DNA of 41,822 nucleotides from a virus. Taxonomy: Duplodnaviria > Caudoviricetes. Both the position numbers and the translations under genes were made by a program. Each line of letters starts with the position of its first letter. Positions within the stretch are counted from its first letter, which is position 1. The notes beneath the pieces were generated by a model that saw only the letters and a list, made by a program, of their open reading frames with translations, was not told where the DNA came from and searched no databases. The stretch lies in IMG/VR virus record IMGVR_UViG_3300037313_001383, positions 1-41,822 of that record, one strand, 5' to 3'. Positions 9,473-18,224 of the stretch are shown one piece after another.

Positions 9473-12295
9473 TTAGAACGGCGCCGCCACGAATCCCCAG
9501 CGCAGGTTCGTGTTGGCCGCCAGAAGTGTAATGGAGACATTGCCGCTGCTCTCGGCCGCCGCGGAAATCGGGTCAGCCGAGATGATTGTTTTTGCCGGCG
9601 TGCCGATCACCAAGGTTCCGCCGTTTTTGGTGTATTGTATAACCCATGTGGACTTACCGATGCCGCCTTGTGTGCTGACCAGAATGAGTTGGCCGCCCGT
9701 ATTGTCCGGGACGGTGATCGTCACAGGGCCCGCCGTGTTGTAGTTCAGGTCAGTTGCTACGGCGTGGACGCCGTTGACTTGGAACTTCTGGTCCTTGGTA
9801 GCCGCAGCGAAATCACCTGTGACGAGTGCCTTCAGTCTGGCGTCGGCTTCGCTCGAACGCTGCGCGTTGTCGATTATGAGCTTATTGCTGCCCGTCTCGT
9901 AGTAGCCGGCACGAGCGCCCACAAAGACGTTGCTGCTCCCTGTGCCGTTGGTGCCGGCATAGGCGCCAATGTAGGTGTTGTCGTTGGTCGTTGTGTTGAC
10001 GGAAAGAGCGGCATCAGCGCCGATGAACGTGTTGCGCTGGCCGCCGCCGCCGTTGCCGACGTTCTGCCCGAGATACGTGTTATACGCGCCGGTGCTCACG
10101 GACGGGCCGGCGATGGCGAGGGAGAGATTATTCAGCCCTTGGTCGAATTTGAGATTGCTGCCGGTGACTTTGCCGGCCGCCAGAATATCCTCCCCGGTCT
10201 GCCACCGGCCTCCGTGGTAGGACGGTTGCGATCCGGCGGAATAGATCGAGTAATTCGACGCACCGCGTGAGAGCTGGTTGATGTAGATCGCCGCGTTGAA
10301 CGTGATCGGCCCGGTGCCGAGGGCATCCGAGAAGTAGGCGCCGACATTCTCGGCGACGGTTCCGGTGCCCGAGTGCGTCAACTGGTAGGTCAGGCCGCGG
10401 ATGGCAGTAATGCTAGTTGATCCGGCGAATTGGGGCCGCGCCTGAAAGTTGTGGAGGTGGTTGTAGGCCGCGGAGCCGTTGAAGGTCGGAATGGCGTCGA
10501 AGGACGCATAGGCGTAAAGGCCGCCGCCCGATGCGTTGAACGTGCTTTCGTCGCGCACCGCGTGCGAGCCCGACACATACGACCCGAGAAGATTGCGGCC
10601 GATCAGGATCGCGGAGTCATCGCCGCTGTTCGCGTTCGTGCCGTAGAATAATCTCGGCGCGCTGCTCGTAAGGCCACCGTGCGCGGCTCCCGTCTCCAAC
10701 GTGCCGGCGAGCGTCCCCGTTGGCGTGCGCCATTCGAGAAAGTCGCTGCGGAGTGTCGTGGTGATCGCGCTCGTCGTCGGGTCCGAGCTGGCCGTGTAGA
10801 CGTCGCGCAGGGTGTTGCCGGACACCAACCCAAGTGCCGCTTTCGCGTCGTTGCTGCCGCTTGCGTGGTCGTTCTGCGAGTAGGTCCATTTTACCTGATC
10901 CTGCAGGACGTTCCCGGAGTTGCGGGCCTGATAAGTCACCGTCGCGATTGTCTTTGAGGGTGCTGCGGCGCTGCTATCCGACACAGTGACTGCAGGGGTG
11001 CCCGTCGAGATCGCGACGTTACCGACGCCGCTGATGTTACCCGAGTCGTCGATAACAACGGGGCTGTTTTGCGTTAGCCCGGTCGTGCCGTCGAAACGCG
11101 CAACCGCATTGTCAGTTGTGGTCGTGGCAAGACCTAGCACCGCGCGGCCCTGAGCGGGCGTGAGGTCTTCGACCGCGCCCGATCCAGCGGAGACGCGACC
11201 TTTGATCGTGTTCTGCGCAACACCAGCGAGCTTGTCGTTCGCCAGCGACCGGTTCGGCACGGTGACACTGGCGCCAAAAGAGTCCGCGTAGGCTTTCGCG
11301 AAATCGTATGCGGCACGGTGATAAGTCTGCCCGTAGCCGGTATCGTTTGGATGGTTCGTCCAACCGGAAATGCCCAAAGCGTCTTGGCCCAGCCGCGCCC
11401 GTGCGTCGCGGTCATACATCTCAACGTCGATCAGTGCGGCGCCAAGGTCTTGAGCCGTGATGCGCATTGCCTCGTTCACCAGCCCGTGTCGCTTCGAGAT
11501 AGGAATCGTCGTTCCGCGCCAGCTTATATTCAAAACGGAACCCGAGACTGGCGGCCACACCGCGCTGTCGGACACCGGCGCCGCAATAACCGACGGCCAC
11601 GTCTCGGAGATCCCGGACTGCATCGACCAAGCGGTGTTAGCAGTGTGCGGGTGCACGCTTGTCATGACGATCACGTCCATGTTCAGCGTCTCCTGCAGGC
11701 GGCGCACCAGCGCCGGGAAACTCGTTGTGACTCCCGGCCCGCCACCGAAGGTTTGGCCGGCGTTGAAGTTGGCGGTCTGGCCGTCGTTCATCCCGTAGAC
11801 CAGAATTGCGACCGTTGCAGTTATCCCTTCCGCGACCCACTTGTCGACGTCCCCGGTCAGAAGCGGGTCGGCATCATATTTCACCGCATCGTAGATCACG
11901 CCGCCGTTGTGGCTGCGGTTATACACGACGAAATTATAAGCGCCGTGGCGGTTGAGAAACGCATTGAGCTGCGAAACCAAATACGGGCCGGGCGCGTATT
12001 GTGACGGGTCGAGGCTGACAAGGCCGCCGCCATTTCCGATGGACGAGCCGAAGCACACGAACCGAATTGTCACTGGCGTGTTAGGCGTGGCGATTGCTGC
12101 TCGCAGAGCCGAGGTCAGCCGCGGCAACGCAACGGTGGTCGGTGCAGGAGTGCCGAGGGCTTGAGCGTCGGTAATTCCGTAGCCGCCGACAGTCGTCGGC
12201 TTCGTCGTGATATTGCGCCACGGAATCGACGGCTCGGCAGCGTAGGACAGAACCGCTGCCGCGAAGGCGAGAATGACGGGAAATAGTTTTTTCAT
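9473..12295 (-). CDS. Tail fibre/spike-like protein with SGNH/GDSL esterase domain and N-terminal signal peptide, about 940 aa
   Basis: MKKLFPVILAFAAAVLSYA-AE leader; WRNITTKPTTVGGYGITDA fibre motif; SGNH blocks FGSSI, NRSHNG, YGMND, NHPNDTGY; IKGRVSAGSGAVEDLT and DNAVARFDGTTG fibre repeats; C-terminal NTxIG repeats. Confidence 0.75.
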   Translation of the reverse strand: MKKLFPVILAFAAAVLSYAAEPSIPWRNITTKPTTVGGYGITDAQALGTPAPTTVALPRLTSALRAAIATPNTPVTIRFVCFGSSIGNGGGLVSLDPSQYAPGPYLVSQLNAFLNRHGAYNFVVYNRSHNGGVIYDAVKYDADPLLTGDVDKWVAEGITATVAILVYGMNDGQTANFNAGQTFGGGPGVTTSFPALVRRLQETLNMDVIVMTSVHPHTANTAWSMQSGISETWPSVIAAPVSDSAVWPPVSGSVLNISWRGTTIPISKRHGLVNEAMRITAQDLGAALIDVEMYDRDARARLGQDALGISGWTNHPNDTGYGQTYHRAAYDFAKAYADSFGASVTVPNRSLANDKLAGVAQNTIKGRVSAGSGAVEDLTPAQGRAVLGLATTTTDNAVARFDGTTGLTQNSPVVIDDSGNISGVGNVAISTGTPAVTVSDSSAAAPSKTIATVTYQARNSGNVLQDQVKWTYSQNDHASGSNDAKAALGLVSGNTLRDVYTASSDPTTSAITTTLRSDFLEWRTPTGTLAGTLETGAAHGGLTSSAPRLFYGTNANSGDDSAILIGRNLLGSYVSGSHAVRDESTFNASGGGLYAYASFDAIPTFNGSAAYNHLHNFQARPQFAGSTSITAIRGLTYQLTHSGTGTVAENVGAYFSDALGTGPITFNAAIYINQLSRGASNYSIYSAGSQPSYHGGRWQTGEDILAAGKVTGSNLKFDQGLNNLSLAIAGPSVSTGAYNTYLGQNVGNGGGGQRNTFIGADAALSVNTTTNDNTYIGAYAGTNGTGSSNVFVGARAGYYETGSNKLIIDNAQRSSEADARLKALVTGDFAAATKDQKFQVNGVHAVATDLNYNTAGPVTITVPDNTGGQLILVSTQGGIGKSTWVIQYTKNGGTLVIGTPAKTIISADPISAAAESSGNVSITLLAANTNLRWGFVAAPF

Positions 12296-12332
12296 GGTCT
12301 GTGCAGTGATGTTGCTGGATGCGTGCACGCGC

Positions 12333-13163
12333 TCAGGAGCTGAGCCGCGTAAAGAGAGTGACGACGCCGAAGCCGCCGGGATCATTGCCGCCGGGCGTGG
12401 CGGTGCATTTGGCCCGCACGTTCGCGCCGGCGAGGAGCGCGACGGGCGCACCGGGAACCGTCTCGCCGAAATTTTCGCCGGCGTTGACGGTGACAGCGAC
12501 GCCGTAGCTGACGCCGGCGGCGTCGACCAGGGTGATGGTCGCGGGGCCGCCGACGGGCGCGGACTCCAACGCGATCTGCACGCGGTCGAGGACGGACGGA
12601 CTCGGGACGCGGGTCTGGCCGTAGATGTTATTGAGGGCGAGGACGCCCTCGATCTTGAGGATGGGAGTGTTCACAGTTTCGTCGGTGGCGGTTGCGGGTA
12701 TGGGCGTGTAGCCGATGGCGCGGGGCGCTTCGTTGAGGTTCGGTGCGCTGCCGTTCGGCACGCTGGCGGGAGCGCCGTTGACCGGTGCCGTGCTCGCGAG
12801 CGCCACCGCGGCCGGCGGTGTATTGTCGAGCGCGTTGGCCGCAACAGGCACCGCGGCCGGCGCACCGTTGTTCCCCGCCATCGACGGGAAAGCGACGGCG
12901 GCCGGCGCGGAGTTGTTTGCAACATAGCTCAACGGCACGGCGGCGGCCGGCGTGTTGTCCGGCACGTTCGCCGGAACGGTGAGCGCGACGGGCGCGCCGT
13001 TGTTCGGCGATTGCGACGGAAACGCGACGGCTGCCGCGTTGTTGCCCGTGCCCGCCATCGACGGCAGCGGCACGGCGCCCGGAGCGCCGTTGTTCGGCGC
13101 CTGCGAGGCGGACGGCACGCCGGTCGGCGGCGTGTTGCTGAACGCGTAGTTGACGGTGGGCAT
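12333..13163 (-). CDS. Pro/Ala/Asn-rich repeat protein, probable virion accessory protein
   Basis: About 9 degenerate 14-15 aa repeats (NNGAPAAVxxPSxAx) followed by a beta-rich C-terminal domain; lies between tail tube and fibre genes. Confidence 0.7.
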   Translation of the reverse strand: MPTVNYAFSNTPPTGVPSASQAPNNGAPGAVPLPSMAGTGNNAAAVAFPSQSPNNGAPVALTVPANVPDNTPAAAVPLSYVANNSAPAAVAFPSMAGNNGAPAAVPVAANALDNTPPAAVALASTAPVNGAPASVPNGSAPNLNEAPRAIGYTPIPATATDETVNTPILKIEGVLALNNIYGQTRVPSPSVLDRVQIALESAPVGGPATITLVDAAGVSYGVAVTVNAGENFGETVPGAPVALLAGANVRAKCTATPGGNDPGGFGVVTLFTRLSS

Positions 13164-13192
13164 GGGCGTTTTGGAAGCGGCGCCGGCCTCGC

Positions 13193-13732
13193 TCAGGCGA
13201 GCGTGCCCGTGTTCAGGGTCGAGAAGAGCACCTTGGCCTCGACCTCGACGTCGACGAGTTTGTCGTCGAACGCGATGTCGCCCGGAATCTGCATCGCGAC
13301 GAACACATCCAGCGTGTTGAGGAGCGTGTTCGCCTGATTGTATTGCTGCAGCTGCAGCCAGCCGCGCACAACCGGATCGCCTTCGAGCGGGTTATATTGG
13401 CCGCCGGCGCCGGTGAGCGGAATCGTGAGGGTGCCGAGGAGCATCTGGTAAACCAGATTGCTCATCTCCATCCACTTTCCGGTGAGCGTCAGGCCCTTCT
13501 CGACCGTGATCAAATCCCACAGCACGCGGGCGCCGGGCGCGGGAGCTTTGAATTCCTCGACTTTATTGTTCGGCTTGAACTTCCAGTCGGAGACGCCGAC
13601 GTCGAACCACGCGGGGTCGGCGGCGCCGGGCTTGGCCGTGCGGCTGGTTACCCCAGCGCCGGGAACGGTGAAGGCAACACCGTCGGGAAAGAAGAATCCG
13701 TGGGCGCCGATAACTGTGCGAGCTTTGTTCAT
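13193..13732 (-). CDS. Probable major tail tube protein
   Basis: 179 aa, beta-rich; position after head-tail joining genes; no sheath gene in the window. Confidence 0.6.
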   Translation of the reverse strand: MNKARTVIGAHGFFFPDGVAFTVPGAGVTSRTAKPGAADPAWFDVGVSDWKFKPNNKVEEFKAPAPGARVLWDLITVEKGLTLTGKWMEMSNLVYQMLLGTLTIPLTGAGGQYNPLEGDPVVRGWLQLQQYNQANTLLNTLDVFVAMQIPGDIAFDDKLVDVEVEAKVLFSTLNTGTLA

Positions 13733-13769
13733 GGTGTTTTAGCAGTGAGCTGATGGTTGCAGGAAAAAT

Positions 13770-14315
13770 TCAGGCGCCGGCGGGCCACTGTCCGGTGGGC
13801 TTGATCGTGCGTTCTCCGGCCGGCGTGCTGTAAGTGATCACGAAGCATTCGCGGCCGGGTGAGTCCTTCACGTCGCTGTCGGCGATTTCGATTTGCGCGC
13901 CTTCCTCGGGAGTCAGCACGACCCACGGCAACGCGAGCTGCGGGTTCTCGACGAAATGGTCGACGACCAGGTCTTTCATCGTGAGCACCCCGACATTCTT
14001 CGCGCCGCCGAACACCGCCTCGTGCCCGCCCTTCGTCCATGCGCGGTCGGCGATCAACAAATCGAAGCGCGACGTGCGCGAGCTGCGCACCGTGCGGCCT
14101 TCCTTCGTGTTCGTGTAGGAGTCGCCGCCGGGAACGATGATCGCCACGCGCTGCTTGATGATGACGAGATCGGCCAGCGCCTCGCGCAGCTTCTTGTTTT
14201 CGTGGAAGTCGACTCGCTCGAAAAGTTTCTCGCCCGTCGTCGTGCCGGGGAGCGGCAGCGACTCGAGTGCGGTCTTCAGCTTCGCGAGAATGTCGACGGT
14301 TTTGACGAAGCTCAC
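13770..14315 (-). CDS. Probable tail terminator/completion protein (Mu gp37-like position)
   Basis: GTG start overlapping the upstream stop; 181 aa; called mainly on synteny. Confidence 0.55.
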   Translation of the reverse strand: MSFVKTVDILAKLKTALESLPLPGTTTGEKLFERVDFHENKKLREALADLVIIKQRVAIIVPGGDSYTNTKEGRTVRSSRTSRFDLLIADRAWTKGGHEAVFGGAKNVGVLTMKDLVVDHFVENPQLALPWVVLTPEEGAQIEIADSDVKDSPGRECFVITYSTPAGERTIKPTGQWPAGA

Positions 14316-14962
14316 GAGGCACCTCCCGGTTCGCCGATGCGCGCAATGCGGCGGTTCATCGCCTCGATGGCCGTGGCCTGCATGAGCGGGCCGGCCGGCA
14401 GCACGCTCGGATCGGGCTTCTGGTCGACGTGGCGGACGAGCCAGAACATCACTTCGCCGCCGCGGATTTCTCCGGGCTTGAACGTGGTTTTCACGCTGCC
14501 GTCTTTTCGTTTGCGCCGGGTGATCGTGAGCGCGGTGCTCGCGCGGCGCACCAGCGCCGGGCGCAGCGCCCCGTTTTCGTCGAGGGCAATCGCGAACTCC
14601 AAATCCGAGAACTCGCGCGCGCGTTTCCCGTAGGCTTCCGGGCTCGCGGGGATCGTGAGGAACTGGCGGGGCGCCTTCGGCGAGATCGGGCCGCCGAGCA
14701 GACGCTGGCGGAAGCCGGTCTGCGTGACGGTGACAAGCGCAAGGCCCGTGCCTCCACTGCGCGCGGTGACGCTGCGCGCCGCCTGCAAGTAGTAATGCCG
14801 GCCGAATTGGTGCCGCTCCTGGTCGAGCTGCACGAGATGGTCTTTCGTGAGCTGGGCGACCGCGCGCGCGCCGACAAGCGCGATGCCCGCGTTTTGCGCC
14901 GCGGTCTGCAGCCGGTCGAGCAACGCGCTCGCAGTGTTGAGCGTGATTGTGATGCCGCTCAC
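14312..14962 (-). CDS. Virion morphogenesis protein (Mu gpG-like)
   Basis: GGPISPKAPRQFLTIP motif typical of neck/morphogenesis proteins; follows the gpF-like gene with an overlapping start. Confidence 0.6.
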   Translation of the reverse strand: MSGITITLNTASALLDRLQTAAQNAGIALVGARAVAQLTKDHLVQLDQERHQFGRHYYLQAARSVTARSGGTGLALVTVTQTGFRQRLLGGPISPKAPRQFLTIPASPEAYGKRAREFSDLEFAIALDENGALRPALVRRASTALTITRRKRKDGSVKTTFKPGEIRGGEVMFWLVRHVDQKPDPSVLPAGPLMQATAIEAMNRRIARIGEPGGAS

Positions 14963-15759
14963 TCCGCACCTCCCGGCTTGAAGACGAAGACGCCCTTGTC
15001 GTTGAACTCGCCGACGCCGCTGTTCTCCAACGCGTCGATCAACCAGTTGCTGCGAATAGTCGGCGACGCCTGCAGGTCCGCGTTGAAGTCGCGCGACTGC
15101 GGCAACAGCACGGTCGATTCGTCCAGCAAGCCCAGCTCGACGGCGTCGGCCCGCGCGACGTCGTGGGTGTCCATCCCCGAGTTGAAATCAAAGGGAGCGT
15201 AAGGGAGGTCGAAGCGCGAGATGCGCCGCCAGATTGGATCGTTCGCCAGCGCGATCATCCGGCCGTCGAAGAACTGCCCGCCGGCCTCGGCCCAGCGTTC
15301 GGCCCAGTCGCGCGGTTTTTCCGAATGGCGAACGCGGATCAGTTCACGCGCGGGCCACTCGTCGAGCACAGCGGGGTCTTGGCCCTGCAGCCATTGGCCG
15401 TAACCGCGCGCGAGTTCGACGTTCGTCTCGATGATGAGATTCAGGCGCTCGTCCGTGCGCAGGTCTTGCAATGTGCCGGCAACGCTCGCGTCGGCGGTGT
15501 AACCTTCGCCGGCAAGGAGCTGCTTCAGCTCGAGCCGGGCCGTCGCTTGGTCGAGCTGCCCGGAAAGGATGCGCTGCACCCGACGGTCAAAGCCGTCGAG
15601 AAACTCGGCGCTGGTGACAGTCGCGGAGAAAATCGCGCGCTCACGCACCGCGGGTTCCAGCGTCGCGAGCTGGGCGGTGTTGCCGGTCGTGCGCAGGATC
15701 GAGCGGATTTCGCGCGACTGCATCGCCTCGGTGAAGGGAAGCGGAGCGGTGAAGTTCAT
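14959..15759 (-). CDS. Head morphogenesis protein (Mu gpF/SPP1 gp7-like)
   Basis: RLNLIIETNVELARGYGQW, PRDW, NDPIW and APFDFNSG motifs. Confidence 0.75.
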   Translation of the reverse strand: MNFTAPLPFTEAMQSREIRSILRTTGNTAQLATLEPAVRERAIFSATVTSAEFLDGFDRRVQRILSGQLDQATARLELKQLLAGEGYTADASVAGTLQDLRTDERLNLIIETNVELARGYGQWLQGQDPAVLDEWPARELIRVRHSEKPRDWAERWAEAGGQFFDGRMIALANDPIWRRISRFDLPYAPFDFNSGMDTHDVARADAVELGLLDESTVLLPQSRDFNADLQASPTIRSNWLIDALENSGVGEFNDKGVFVFKPGGAE

Positions 15760-16454
15760 GCGCTCTTCTCCTTTCGCCGGTGCATCTCTTCGCGGTCTTT
15801 AATGACGACGAAGTCGGCGGGGCCGCCGATCATCGGGAGATCGGGACGGAAAAGCCGCGGCACGTTGTCGATGGCCGGCTCCCACGTCGCCAGTGCCTTG
15901 TCCTGGTCGAGCGCAATCACGATGCCGCGGTCGATGTCACGCAGCACTTGGCGGAATAACCGCACGCCCATCGGCGCGAGTTCGCGAATCCAGAGCGACA
16001 ACGCGGTGTCGTCCGGTCGAATCATGCAGTGCTCCTGCGCAGCGATCGGGCCGCCGTCGACGACGTCGTCGAGCCAGTAGATCGTGCCGCCCGTCACCTT
16101 CTCGCCGAAGCGAATCGCCCACTCGATTGCCGACCGGCCGCGGTGCCGCGGCAGCACCGACGGGTGGAAGCCAATCGCGCCGAGACGGGTTTTGCGGCGC
16201 GTCACGGCGCCCACGAAATCGTGCGAGTGCGCGGCGATGATGAGGTCCGCGCCTTCCGGCATTGTATATTGCGTGAGCTTGCCGCCGGGAATCAGCGGAA
16301 CGCCGGCGTTCTGCGCCGCGATCCACAGCTTGTCCGGCTTGCCGTCCTGGTCGGCTTGCGGGCACGAAACGCCGAGCAGCTCGTCGTCGCGCTCCATCAG
16401 GAGACGCAGCACGTCGGCGCCAAAGCGTTTCTGGCCTGTGAGCACCACGCGCAT
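15756..16454 (-). CDS. Formyltransferase-fold protein (Formyl_trans_N; Fmt/10-formyl-THF hydrolase-like)
   Basis: GFHPSVLPRHRGRSAIEWAI and GGTIYWLDDVVDGGPIAAQ match the HPSLLP-x-RG and D-x-G-P-I folate-binding/catalytic motifs; N-terminal GQxxFGxxV. Confidence 0.88.
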   Translation of the reverse strand: MRVVLTGQKRFGADVLRLLMERDDELLGVSCPQADQDGKPDKLWIAAQNAGVPLIPGGKLTQYTMPEGADLIIAAHSHDFVGAVTRRKTRLGAIGFHPSVLPRHRGRSAIEWAIRFGEKVTGGTIYWLDDVVDGGPIAAQEHCMIRPDDTALSLWIRELAPMGVRLFRQVLRDIDRGIVIALDQDKALATWEPAIDNVPRLFRPDLPMIGGPADFVVIKDREEMHRRKEKSA

Positions 16455-17593
16455 CAGATCTGTTGTCCCTCCGCTGCGCCGATGTATTTGAACCCTTGCA
16501 CGGCCCTGAAATGACCGCCGTAGCCGGTGCCAACGCTGGGCCGGCCGTCACGCGCGCGCGCGGCGTCGATGCTTTGCGCGCTCTTCAGCTTGTTCCCGCC
16601 GTAGAGCACGGCCGACGTCTGGACCCACTTCGGCGAACGGCGCAGCGCGGCGGCAAGGCCGGGGTGTGACGTGTGAAACAGCGTCGGGCACTTGCGGCGC
16701 CACCGGTTCTCTCCGCGCAGCTGCATCTCGCACACGGCGTCGAGAAACCGCGTGCCGACGCCGGCGCCCTGCCACTCGGGCATGACAACAAGGCGGCACG
16801 CCCGCATGTGGCCGGTCTGGAATTTCGGCGACACCGCGACGTGACACACCGGCTCGCCGGCAACGACGCCGACGAAGCACGTGGCCGCGATCATGCGTCC
16901 GAGCTTCAAATAGTGATGCGGCTCGAACATGGGCCAAAATCGCCAATCGGTTTGATGAACCGAGAGCTCGAAGCGCGGGCGTCGCCAAAGCCCCCTTTCC
17001 GTGAATTGGCCCGTTGCGGTGTCTAACACCCAATCGGGTTCAATCCACTCCAGCACGTCGTAGTGACATGAGAGAAGCACGGCTTGGCCGCCTGTCCGGC
17101 GCCACGCCTTCGCGAACGCGTGCGCGCCGACCTTTGCGATCTGACGGTCAACGACGCTCGTGAACTCGTCGATGACGACGCGGTGCGGAAAGTCGCACAG
17201 CACACGCGCGAGACCGGCGCGGAACTGCTCGCCGTTCGACAAGACGTGAAAGGGGCGAAGCCACGCCGGCACGTCTCCGAGGCCGACTGCAGACAGCGCC
17301 GCGGTCGCGGCATCGAACGCACCACCCGGCGCGATGGCGTCGATAATCGGTTTCCGTTCGGGCCAGCCGGCGCGGAGGTCGTGAATCGGCACGCCGTCGA
17401 AAATGCGCGAGCCGCACGACGTCTTGCCGCTGCCGGACGGGCCGACGATGACGCCGATTTTCCAGTCCTGAGTGAACGGCAACTCGAACTCGCGCCGGAA
17501 CTCGTGCCCGCTCTCCACGTTGAAGAGGGACTTCACGCGCGCGGCGCGGTAGCTGGTGAAATCCGCGCAGCTATGTGCGACGCTGATTTTCAT
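16454..17593 (-). CDS. ABC-type ATPase fused to a C-terminal GNAT (Mom-like) acyltransferase
   Basis: Walker A GPSGSGKT, signature LSNGE, Walker B VVIDEF, D-loop SVVD, H-switch LSCH; GNAT motif A RLVVMPEWQGAGVG; no transmembrane partner nearby. Confidence 0.85.
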   Translation of the reverse strand: MKISVAHSCADFTSYRAARVKSLFNVESGHEFRREFELPFTQDWKIGVIVGPSGSGKTSCGSRIFDGVPIHDLRAGWPERKPIIDAIAPGGAFDAATAALSAVGLGDVPAWLRPFHVLSNGEQFRAGLARVLCDFPHRVVIDEFTSVVDRQIAKVGAHAFAKAWRRTGGQAVLLSCHYDVLEWIEPDWVLDTATGQFTERGLWRRPRFELSVHQTDWRFWPMFEPHHYLKLGRMIAATCFVGVVAGEPVCHVAVSPKFQTGHMRACRLVVMPEWQGAGVGTRFLDAVCEMQLRGENRWRRKCPTLFHTSHPGLAAALRRSPKWVQTSAVLYGGNKLKSAQSIDAARARDGRPSVGTGYGGHFRAVQGFKYIGAAEGQQI

Positions 17594-17751
17594 ACGGTGA
17601 CGACCTTCACTTTCCGGGGACCGCGGCGGAGCTTGTTATACATGCGCTCCTGATCGCGCTCGTCCTTGCAGACGACGATGACGCCGAACTGCGGCTTGTA
17701 TTTGAACGACGACTTGCGGGTCGCCGTGACGGGATTCGATGACGCGGGCAT
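17590..17751 (-). CDS. Small accessory protein coupled to the ABC-GNAT gene, 53 aa
   Basis: MPASSN...QFGVIVVCKDERDQERMYNKL...VKVVTV; ATG 2 bp after the gp36 stop; its stop overlaps the ABC-GNAT ATG. Confidence 0.7.
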   Translation of the reverse strand: MPASSNPVTATRKSSFKYKPQFGVIVVCKDERDQERMYNKLRRGPRKVKVVTV

Positions 17752-17753
17752 GG

Positions 17754-18212
17754 TTAGACGCCCTCCTGATCGGCGCGCGTGAAACGGCGGCACTTCGGGG
17801 TGATGCGCGGCGACGCGCTCGCGCCCTGCACCGGCAGCGGGTTCAGCGGAACGTCGGCTTCGTCCACTGGCCACTCGCCTTTGACCAGGGCTTTCAGGCG
17901 CGACTCGTAGGTGTCGGCGTCGCGCTCCTCGTCTTTGTCGAGCGCCTGCTGCAGGCGGCCCTTCATCACGCGCACGACTTTCTTGACGGCGATTTCCTTG
18001 AGGCCGTTGGGAATCGCGGTCGTCGTCGCGTCGAGCACGTAGCGTCCGCTGAACGCAATCGCGTTCCGGACTTCATTCGTCACCTCGGCAATGATACGCG
18101 GCATCGGGTCGGTCTGCCCGGCCGCGAGTGCTTCCTGCCGAAGCGCGTCGACGAGTTCAGCGACTTTGTGGTCGTTGAGATCGCCGGCGGAAATTGTGAA
18201 CCAGTTTGGCAT
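17754..18212 (-). CDS. Head-tail connector (Mu gp36/DUF1320-like)
   Basis: 152 aa, helical, directly after the capsid gene; pattern IIAEVTNEVRNAI...RY...IP...RLKALVKGE. Confidence 0.7.
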   Translation of the reverse strand: MPNWFTISAGDLNDHKVAELVDALRQEALAAGQTDPMPRIIAEVTNEVRNAIAFSGRYVLDATTTAIPNGLKEIAVKKVVRVMKGRLQQALDKDEERDADTYESRLKALVKGEWPVDEADVPLNPLPVQGASASPRITPKCRRFTRADQEGV

Positions 18213-18224
18213 TTCGTGGGCTTT

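Noticed and set aside
508-12295. Diversity-generating retroelement or Gin-type invertible tail segment
   Set aside because: No reverse transcriptase or invertase ORF recognised, and no TR/VR pair or flanking inverted repeats noticed by eye.
12720-13145. Possible CRISPR array or non-coding repeat
   Set aside because: Repeats are degenerate at DNA level, conserved at protein level and in frame; no identical repeat-spacer structure and no cas genes.
13164-13192. Stop-codon readthrough fusing the tail tube to the repeat protein
   Set aside because: The gap is 29 nt, so the ORFs are out of frame, and no slippery site is evident.
16454-17593. ABC transporter
   Set aside because: No permease or binding protein nearby; the ATPase is fused to a GNAT domain inside a virion operon.
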